A stretch of 32,000 nt of DNA from an uncultured Erysipelotrichaceae bacterium (GTDB taxonomy: Bacteria; Bacillota_I; Bacilli_A; Erysipelotrichales; Erysipelotrichaceae), in the NCBI GenBank assembly GCA_942492995.1, contig OW818653.1:1650001-1682000 (forward strand), in the 5' to 3' direction. The number at the start of each line of letters is the position of its first letter. The stretch's first letter is position 1. The notes below the pieces were generated by a model, which worked only from the letters and a program-made list of their open reading frames with translations, was not told the DNA's origin and searched no databases. This document shows positions 18,130-24,978 of the stretch, in pieces. The position numbers and the translations under genes were made by a program.

Positions 18130-18622
18130 TGCGTACACCTTTGAAATAGAAGAATAGATTGCTTAAGCCTTCACTTAAACTACCAACAAAGAAGGATAAG
18201 TACATGATGTTTAATACAACTACAATATTTCCACCAAACGCTAAATAGACAAGTGAACTAACAAACCCAACACTTACCACAATATATCCTACACGCATAG
18301 ATTTAAGCTCAATTAACTTATCCATTTCATCTTCAATCATCTCTAATTCAAGCTTACGATTAATCTCTTTATCATCTTTACTCTGTTCTTTTATCGCTAA
18401 GTTAATTGAGAGATAGATATGAAACACAATATGTAATACAATAGTAACGATAACCCCTACAACAATGTAAGTAACCATCTGTTTAGCCCAGTATTGTAGG
18501 TCATTTTCGATGATATTTCCAGCCTTATAATGGTTATAAATGCTTAAACAATAACTCACTAGAATGATTAAACTAGCAACTAAACTAGTGATGGTTTTCT
18601 TTGTCTGATATGTCATAAACAC
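18122..18622 (-). CDS. Integral membrane protein, unknown function (first gene of the XRE operon)
   Basis: 166 aa with about 4 TM helices and a charged central loop (KEQSKDDKEINRKLELEMIEDEMDK). An AAGGAGG RBS is present. Confidence 0.5.
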   Translation of the reverse strand: MFMTYQTKKTITSLVASLIILVSYCLSIYNHYKAGNIIENDLQYWAKQMVTYIVVGVIVTIVLHIVFHIYLSINLAIKEQSKDDKEINRKLELEMIEDEMDKLIELKSMRVGYIVVSVGFVSSLVYLAFGGNIVVVLNIMYLSFFVGSLSEGLSNLFFYFKGVRNG

Positions 18623-18809
18623 GTCCTCCTTACCTATTTGTTTATAAGTATATACTTAATGTAAAGTATATTAGACATAATGTCAATATATTTAATCATA
18701 AAATGTGTTAAAAACGTTTTTTAACTGATCAAAAAGTAAGTAAAAAGAGTGATTTTACCTCAAAAAACGTCGATTTTACCTCATTTTTAGGGTAAAAACG
18801 GCTCAAAAT

Positions 18810-18838
18810 TTGCCAGATAAGATAACTTGTGCTAAAAT
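18810..18838 (+). promoter_or_regulatory. Sigma-A promoter of the 3D-domain lipoprotein gene
   Basis: TTGCCA, a 17-nt spacer, then TAAAAT with an extended TGn (TGCTAAAAT). Confidence 0.55.
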
Positions 18839-18869
18839 CACGAAGTCATCAGATAAAGGAGACAAACGA

Positions 18870-19712
18870 TTGATAAAAACTAAAAAAGCATTGATTGCGG
18901 GAGTTATCCTACTTCTAGCAGCGTGCACACAAACAACGGAAAGTACTCATGTTGTGCTACAAAAAGCAGATCAGAACACAATATTGAGCGCCGCACTTGT
19001 TTCACCTTTTACGTTTGAAGAAAGCGTTGAGACGACTTATGATACGACACCTATTAAAACGGTACTCAATCCAATGGACAACACACGAACAGGTTATCCT
19101 TGGCTAATATCAAAAGTGAGTGAAGGTAGCGTAGGCTATACGGAAACTCGTTATCGTTCAACCTATGATAGTGAGGGGAATCTACTATCAAAAGAATACA
19201 TACCTGATTCGGAAACCTATACAGAAGGTAAACCAACCATTTACCAATATGGGGCTAAGGTTGCGAAGGGGGCATATTTCTACGCACGTTCAATCACTAA
19301 ATATGGATTTGATTGTACAGGCTGTGGAATCGGTTTAGATGGAAATGCAGGAACGTCTGCAGGTATACGTTTAAATGCGACGAGCATACGCCAATCCAAT
19401 GGAACATGGTTAGATGGAATTACCTATGATGGATACTATGTTGTGGCAGCGGATAAAGCTTACCCAAATTGTACAATTCTAGAGATTTCAAATCATACGT
19501 TCAGTGGTATGGGATTAACATCCGGGGTTCCGTTCTTAGCACTTGCTGTGGATCGTGGTGGCGCTATTACCACAAACAAATTAGATTTATTTGTCGGTAG
19601 TGAGAAGAATATTAACGTTGTGACAAATAAACGTACAGCAGATTCTAAAGTAACCGTCGTTGGATTCCTTAAGTGGACGAAAAATGGATTAGGTGAAAGA
19701 ATTTGTAAGTAG
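18870..19712 (+). CDS. Lipoprotein with a C-terminal 3D (DPBB, MltA/YabE/YuiC-like) domain; putative cell-wall-active protein
   Basis: An AAGGAG RBS precedes TTG 18870; the track's 18810 start overlaps the promoter. Lipobox LLLAAC. 3D-domain pattern: KYGFDCTGCG...GTSAG, VVAADKAYPNCT, ALAVDRGGAI, KLDLFVG. It occupies the yabE position upstream of rnmV-ksgA. Confidence 0.6.
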   Translation: MIKTKKALIAGVILLLAACTQTTESTHVVLQKADQNTILSAALVSPFTFEESVETTYDTTPIKTVLNPMDNTRTGYPWLISKVSEGSVGYTETRYRSTYDSEGNLLSKEYIPDSETYTEGKPTIYQYGAKVAKGAYFYARSITKYGFDCTGCGIGLDGNAGTSAGIRLNATSIRQSNGTWLDGITYDGYYVVAADKAYPNCTILEISNHTFSGMGLTSGVPFLALAVDRGGAITTNKLDLFVGSEKNINVVTNKRTADSKVTVVGFLKWTKNGLGERICK

Positions 19713-19731
19713 GTCATTATATATAATGACT

Positions 19732-19767
19732 AGACGCGTTGGCTACATGCCGACGCGTTTTATTATA
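19732..19767 (+). terminator. Possible terminator hairpin after the lipoprotein gene
   Basis: AGACGCGT-(13 nt)-ACGCGTTT can form an 8-bp GC-rich stem followed by a T/A-rich tail. The long loop lowers my confidence. Confidence 0.4.
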
Positions 19768-19958
19768 CCCCGAGAAGCCCCGAGAAGCCCCGAGAAGCCC
19801 CGAGAAGCCCCGAGAAGTCCCGAGAAGTCCCGAGAAGTCCCGAGAAGTCCCGAGAAGTCCCGAGAAGTCCCGAGAAGTCCCGAGAAGTCCCGAGAAGTCC
19901 CGAGAAGTCCCGAGAAGTCCCGAGAAGTCCCGAGAAGTCCCGAGAAGTCCCGAGAAGT
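19768..19958. repeat. Perfect 10-bp tandem repeat array, CCCGAGAAGY, about 19 copies
   Basis: Read directly from the sequence. There are 4 units of CGAGAAGCCC (from 19771), then 14 units of CGAGAAGTCC (from 19811), then a terminal partial unit CGAGAAGT. Apart from the single C/T block switch there are no other substitutions. Confidence 0.97.
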
Positions 19959-19968
19959 GTCTAAATTA

Positions 19969-19977
19969 TGATATAAT
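19969..19977 (+). promoter_or_regulatory. Extended -10 promoter (TGaTATAAT) of the AlbA_2-domain gene
   Basis: TGATATAAT lies 21 nt upstream of ATG 19999, and a GAGGG RBS lies at 19987-19991. The -35 position falls inside the repeat array and has no TTGACA-like hexamer. Confidence 0.5.
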
Positions 19978-19998
19978 TTTAACTAAGAGGGAAAATAT

Positions 19999-21354
19999 AT
20001 GGGTAATAAACATTTAGAAGGTGAGTCAAACTTAATTGAATATAAGCTAACTTTGCCTGAAGATAATACAAAGTGGTTAAAGAGTGTCGTATCTTTTAGT
20101 AATACTTCTGGGGGGAGATTGATCGTAGGTATTGAAGACTCAACATTGAAGGTAGTTGGAATTCAAGATGAAAGATCTAAAATAGAACAAAGAATAGTTG
20201 AATCAATACATAGCAATATTGAACCTAGACCAATAATCGATATAAGTTTTGAAAATTATGAAGATAAAGACATAGTAATAATTCAAGTAGCCAAAGGAAA
20301 TGAAACTCCATATTATATAAAAAAGGAGGGCATAGAGGAAGGGTGCTATGTTAGGTTTGGATCAACTGATCAAAAAGCAACAAATAGTCAAAGACTTGAA
20401 CTAAGACTTAATAGAAATAATGAAACATTTACAAGCGAAATCTATAATAAGAATGCTAAATTAGTTAAAAGAGATGATGCTGAGATATCAAAATTCCTTA
20501 GTTTTATAAATACTCAAATTAAAAGTGGCAAGAGTTTGAATGAAAATAAACTTTTGGAATGGAAGTTGCTTAGAAATGAATTTGATAATATTTATGCGAC
20601 TAACGGACTGATGTTATTAACAGAAAATCCATTCAGTCAAAGTTATATAAAAATAGGTGTGTTCAAAGGGGTAACAAAGTCTGAAATAAAGAAAGACTAT
20701 GTTATAAATGGCTCGATAATTGCACAATATTTTGAAGCGATGAAAGTTTTACTTAACGAATTGGAAGATGGTTATTCAATTGCTACAATTCGAGAAATGA
20801 AATATAAAGTTCCAGAAATAGCCATTAGAGAAATTTTAGCTAATGCAATAATTCATAGAAGTTATATAGATGAACAAACTATTAGAATTAGCATTTTTGA
20901 TAATAGAATAGAAATATATTCGCCAGGAACATTATTTGATGGTCTGCAAATAGAAGATGCTATAAATGGTCGTTCCAAACTTAGGAATCCTAATATAAGT
21001 GAAGTTTTCTATCATTTAGGTTTGATAGAGAAATGGGGATCAGGAATTCAAAGAGCGAATGAAGCATTGAGTAAAGAAAATTTTCTTCCTTTAATCTTCG
21101 AAGTCAATAATATACACGGGGTTAATGTTATTATTAAATTTGAAAAAATTGTAAATGAAGTTAATGAAAGTATGATAAATGTCGAAAACTATTTAGACTT
21201 TAAATCTACATTCACACGTAAAGATCTGGAGAGTGATTTAAATATCACTCAAGATCAAGCTAGATACTTGGTTGAAAAGTGGGTAAATAAAGGCAAAATA
21301 GTAAAAATAGGTGGAAGTTCAAAATCTAAGTATAGTGTAAACAAAATAAATTAA
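19999..21354 (+). CDS. AlbA_2 (Schlafen-like) domain protein with a C-terminal HATPase_c_4/RecG-C-like ATP-binding domain and wHTH
   Basis: N-terminus ESNLIEYKLTLPEDN...SFSNTSGGRLIVGIED...ETPYYIKK...YVRFGSTD is an AlbA_2-type domain. REILANAIIHRSY...IEIYSPGTL...RNPNISEVFYHLGLIEKWGSGIQR is the HATPase_c_4-type block. The tail looks like a wHTH. The gene is very AT-rich. Confidence 0.75.
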   Translation: MGNKHLEGESNLIEYKLTLPEDNTKWLKSVVSFSNTSGGRLIVGIEDSTLKVVGIQDERSKIEQRIVESIHSNIEPRPIIDISFENYEDKDIVIIQVAKGNETPYYIKKEGIEEGCYVRFGSTDQKATNSQRLELRLNRNNETFTSEIYNKNAKLVKRDDAEISKFLSFINTQIKSGKSLNENKLLEWKLLRNEFDNIYATNGLMLLTENPFSQSYIKIGVFKGVTKSEIKKDYVINGSIIAQYFEAMKVLLNELEDGYSIATIREMKYKVPEIAIREILANAIIHRSYIDEQTIRISIFDNRIEIYSPGTLFDGLQIEDAINGRSKLRNPNISEVFYHLGLIEKWGSGIQRANEALSKENFLPLIFEVNNIHGVNVIIKFEKIVNEVNESMINVENYLDFKSTFTRKDLESDLNITQDQARYLVEKWVNKGKIVKIGGSSKSKYSVNKIN

Positions 21355-21424
21355 TGTATTAAATATGAAATTCGAATTCATTAAACATTTTAGAAAATCT
21401 TTAGTTATAATTGTCAAATAATAG

Positions 21425-21463
21425 AAATAACGCCTTGAACATAAATCAATGCGTTATTTTTTT
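21425..21463 (+). terminator. Rho-independent terminator after the AlbA_2 gene
   Basis: AAATAACGC-(17 nt)-GCGTTATTT followed by TTTT. Confidence 0.5.
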
Positions 21464-21581
21464 ATGATTTAACATATCGTTAAACTATAATAAGAAACAT
21501 ATTATTAATTCGTTATTATAGTATAGATTGATAAAATATAATAAGAAGATATAATAAAGTTAATAATGCGAGGAACTAGGT

Positions 21582-22727
21582 ATGATAAATCGAGCAGGGC
21601 AAACCATAAAGAATCTATCAGGGGCATCTACATATACTTCTTATCAACCTAATCCTTTGATGGATGATTTAGATATCCATATGGATAATGAGATGATAGA
21701 GCTATTAGTAAAGGCAAATAGGGAGATAGCGGTATTAGAACGTATCTCAAGTTACATACCTAATATTGATTTATTCATCACAATGTATTTACGTAAAGAA
21801 GCGCTTATGTCTTCACAAATAGAAGGAACACAGGCAACACTTGAAGATATTTTAGATCCAAGTATTGTCGAAAATTCTAATTTAGAAATAGTAGATGTTG
21901 TTAATGTGGTGAAGGCAACACATTTTTCGATGAATCGATTAAATGAATTACCTTTATGTAATCGACTCATAAAAGAAACGCATTCTATCCTTATGGATGG
22001 GATAAGAGGTGGGGATAAGAGTCCTGGAGAGTTTCGACTTTCGCAGAATTGGTTAGGTGGATTTGGGAGTACGTTAAAGACTGCACAATATATTCCACCT
22101 AATGTACAAGATATGTTAAATGGAATGTCAGATTTAGAGAAATATATGAATACAGAAAGTAGTGTGGATCCATTAATCAGAGCTGGATTAATACATTACC
22201 AATTTGAAACAATTCATCCTTTTTTAGATGGTAATGGAAGAATCGGAAGATTGTTAATTCAACTATACTTAACGCAAACTAAAACGTTAGTATTACCTTC
22301 CTTAAGTATTTCGTATTATTTGAAGAGATATCGCTCGGAATACTATGATCGATTAACTGATGTACGACGTACAGGGCAGTATGAACAATGGCTTAAATTC
22401 TTTTTAAGAGCGGTGTATGAATCTGCGGAAAGTGCAAATTTAACGATTAAACAAATGATGTTTCTGAACGAAATTAATACTGAAGTTATTCTATCATTTG
22501 GACGTATCTCATATACTGGATTAAAGTTACTTAGATATATAGAAGAGAATCCTATTGTTGAAGTTAGAAAGACTTCTATAGATTTAGGTTTAACATTTGC
22601 GACTGTATCTAAATGTGTTGATCTATTTGTTAAACACGGAATTCTAATTCAATATAAAGGCCATAAAAGAAATCGATTGTTTGCCTATGATGCGTATTTA
22701 CAATTATTAAGAGAAGGAACGGAGTAG
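21582..22727 (+). CDS. Fic-family protein (class II, N-terminal inhibitory helix, C-terminal wHTH); putative AMP/NMP-transferase
   Basis: Fic active-site motif HPFLDGNGRIGR. N-terminal (S/T)xxxE(G/N) inhibitory motif in MSSQIEGT. The C-terminal segment LGLTFATVSKCVDLFVKHGIL is wHTH-like. Confidence 0.85.
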   Translation: MINRAGQTIKNLSGASTYTSYQPNPLMDDLDIHMDNEMIELLVKANREIAVLERISSYIPNIDLFITMYLRKEALMSSQIEGTQATLEDILDPSIVENSNLEIVDVVNVVKATHFSMNRLNELPLCNRLIKETHSILMDGIRGGDKSPGEFRLSQNWLGGFGSTLKTAQYIPPNVQDMLNGMSDLEKYMNTESSVDPLIRAGLIHYQFETIHPFLDGNGRIGRLLIQLYLTQTKTLVLPSLSISYYLKRYRSEYYDRLTDVRRTGQYEQWLKFFLRAVYESAESANLTIKQMMFLNEINTEVILSFGRISYTGLKLLRYIEENPIVEVRKTSIDLGLTFATVSKCVDLFVKHGILIQYKGHKRNRLFAYDAYLQLLREGTE

Positions 22728-22772
22728 TTTCAATAATAGGCATATTAAGACTTGAATGATATAATAACAACG

Positions 22773-23312
22773 ATGAAAATCAAAGAAACAATTGTCGTAG
22801 AAGGTTATCATGATAAACAAGCTTTATTGAAGCTTGTGGATGCGAATATCCTTGTGACTCAAGGCTCATATTTAAGTGAGAAAACATTAAAACTGATTGA
22901 GAAAGCACATAGTACATCAGGAGTAATCGTTTTTACTGATCCAGATACTCCAGGTAAAAAGATACGCAATACCATACAAACACGAATACCGGATGTTAAG
23001 CATGCCCATATTATGCAGAAAGATGCGAAGGCAAAACATAAAGTTGGGGTAGAACATGCCTCGGCTGAAATATTACTTGCGGCATTGAATAACGTAATGA
23101 CAGTATCGAATGATGTGTCGAACTTAAGCTTAAATGATTTAATTGATTTAGGACTAAGTGGAAATCCAGATAGCCAAGAATTACGTAAGAAGTGTGCAGA
23201 GAAGTTATACATTGCGGAGGGGAATGCGAAATCATTCTTGAAACAATGTCAGTTTAAATTAGTAACGAAGGAAGATCTTCTAGAAATCGTAAATACATGC
23301 AAAAACCAATAA
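22773..23312 (+). CDS. rnmV: Ribonuclease M5 (RnmV), Toprim domain
   Basis: MKIKETIVVEGYHDKQAL...VIVFTDPDTPGKKIR is the Toprim E / DxD pattern. The gene lies directly upstream of rsmA, as in Bacillus. The start is ambiguous between TTG 22752 and ATG 22773. Confidence 0.8.
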   Translation: MKIKETIVVEGYHDKQALLKLVDANILVTQGSYLSEKTLKLIEKAHSTSGVIVFTDPDTPGKKIRNTIQTRIPDVKHAHIMQKDAKAKHKVGVEHASAEILLAALNNVMTVSNDVSNLSLNDLIDLGLSGNPDSQELRKKCAEKLYIAEGNAKSFLKQCQFKLVTKEDLLEIVNTCKNQ

Positions 23313-24118
23313 GCTCACATGCACAGACTATTAAAATCCTTCGGGAACATCAACTCAAAGCGAAGAAACACTTTGGGCAGAATTTTATTATTGACCCGAC
23401 GGTAGTAGAGAAAATAGCACGATTAGCGGATGTGGAAAAACATACGGTAATTGAAGTAGGTCCAGGACTTGGGGCTTTGACGGAACAACTTTGTAATAAA
23501 GCAGATAAGGTTATTGCGTATGAGATTGATCCAGATTGTGTACAGGTTTTAGCAGAAGGTTTAGGGGATCGTGATAATTTAACGGTTATCCAGAAAGACT
23601 TTTTAACGACTACACCTGAGGAAATTGAAACGACTGGTGCGACTCATTGTGTTGGTAATCTACCATATTACATCACGACACCGATTCTTTTCCATATCTT
23701 AGAGAATTTACCAAGTATACGGGTTGTGACAATCATGGTTCAAAAAGAGGTCGCATTACGCTTTAATGGTAATGTGAACACGAAAGACTATAATGCGCTA
23801 ACGATTATCTTACAAACACTTTGTGATATTAAAGTAGTGATGAAAGTACCACCAGCTGTTTTCCATCCAGCACCGAATGTCGAATCTGCTGTTGTTCAAT
23901 TACGTCGTAAGGATGTCAATATGAGTGATTTGAAGCCATACTTTGAATTTGTGAAGAAAGGCTTTGTTCAACGTCGGAAGACGTTATACAATAATTTGAA
24001 AGATACCGTAGATATTAGAGAATCACTTATTAAAATGAATTTATCAGAATCTGTACGAGGTGAAGCTTTAACGCTTAGTCAATGGAGAGAACTCTATGAA
24101 ATGTCGAGCGTACGCTAA
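23297..24118 (+). CDS. rsmA: 16S rRNA (adenine1518/1519-N6)-dimethyltransferase RsmA (KsgA)
   Basis: KKHFGQNFI, VIEVGPGLGALT (SAM loop) and GNLPYYITTPI. Confidence 0.9.
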   Translation: MQKPISSHAQTIKILREHQLKAKKHFGQNFIIDPTVVEKIARLADVEKHTVIEVGPGLGALTEQLCNKADKVIAYEIDPDCVQVLAEGLGDRDNLTVIQKDFLTTTPEEIETTGATHCVGNLPYYITTPILFHILENLPSIRVVTIMVQKEVALRFNGNVNTKDYNALTIILQTLCDIKVVMKVPPAVFHPAPNVESAVVQLRRKDVNMSDLKPYFEFVKKGFVQRRKTLYNNLKDTVDIRESLIKMNLSESVRGEALTLSQWRELYEMSSVR

Positions 24119-24932
24119 AGTTAATCTTGGATTAGATATTGAACGTAAAAGAGAAGATGGTTACCATGATTTAAAGAGTGTAATGGTTCCAATTCAACTT
24201 CATGATTTGATTGATATCAATGTGAGTCATGAGATGCATTTTGAATGTATTCCGAATTTTATGATAAATGCGGAAAAGAATACTCTATTAAAGATGATTG
24301 AAGTATGTCGTGAGAAGTTTAACTTTAAGGAACAGTTCTTTATACGTTTATACAAACATATTCCGTCTCAAGCAGGTTTAGGTGGCGGAAGTAGTGATGC
24401 GGCGGCGATATTGAATTATTTAAATAACTATTTTAGTTGGAATCTAAGTGATGAAGAGAAGATTGAATTAGCAGTTAAGGTTGGGGCTGATGTGCCATTC
24501 TGTTTGTTTGAGAAACCAGCATTAGTAACAGGTATTGGGGAGAAGTTAGAATTCTTTACGAATAATACACCGTTCTGGATGATATTGGTTCAACCAAGAC
24601 GGGGTGTATCGACGAAGAAAGCATTTGAAGGTTTGGATATACCGAATCTTGTGCATCCTAATATTGATCAAATTAAAGAATCTCTTAATATGAATGATTA
24701 TCCAACATTTATCCAAGCAATTGATAACAGCTTAGAACAAAAAGCGATCTCTTTAGTTCCTGAAATTCAACGTTTAAAAGATAAATTAATCGAACTTGGA
24801 TGTGATCGAAGTATGATGACAGGGAGTGGTTCGGTTGTGATGGGTTTCTCGCAAAGTGAAGAGGTTATTAATAACTGTATTAGTAGTTTAAGAAAACATG
24901 TACGTTTTGTGCGTAAAACGAAAATCTTGTAA
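24096..24932 (+). CDS. ispE: 4-diphosphocytidyl-2-C-methyl-D-erythritol kinase (IspE)
   Basis: N-terminal AYAKVNLGLDI, GHMP kinase motif PSQAGLGGGSSDAAA, and MTGSGS near the C-terminus. Confidence 0.85.
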   Translation: MKCRAYAKVNLGLDIERKREDGYHDLKSVMVPIQLHDLIDINVSHEMHFECIPNFMINAEKNTLLKMIEVCREKFNFKEQFFIRLYKHIPSQAGLGGGSSDAAAILNYLNNYFSWNLSDEEKIELAVKVGADVPFCLFEKPALVTGIGEKLEFFTNNTPFWMILVQPRRGVSTKKAFEGLDIPNLVHPNIDQIKESLNMNDYPTFIQAIDNSLEQKAISLVPEIQRLKDKLIELGCDRSMMTGSGSVVMGFSQSEEVINNCISSLRKHVRFVRKTKIL

Positions 24933-24978
24933 GTCGCTTATAAGGTTTTTTTGTTAAAATAGAGACGGAGGATGAGTG

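Noticed and set aside
19768-19958. A CRISPR array.
   Set aside because: The units are contiguous 10-mers with no spacers, and no cas genes are nearby. This is a microsatellite/minisatellite-type tandem repeat, not CRISPR.
19693-20017. Two 92-aa track ORFs encoding PREAPRSPEK/SREVPRSPEK repeats across the tandem array.
   Set aside because: The 10-bp unit has no stop codon in any frame, so open frames arise automatically. Neither ORF has an RBS. One starts inside the end of the upstream gene, and the other runs into the AlbA_2 start in a different frame. A stop at 19969-19971 separates the array from the AlbA_2 reading frame. I treat both as artefacts of the repeat.
19968-22765. The 10-bp direct repeat ATGATATAAT at 19968-19977 and 22756-22765, flanking the AlbA_2/Fic genes, as a possible target-site duplication or att pair.
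   Set aside because: Eight of the ten bases are simply the extended -10 consensus TGnTATAAT, sitting in front of two genes. In AT-rich DNA this match is easily explained by promoter convergence. There is no integrase or transposase and there are no further flanking repeats.
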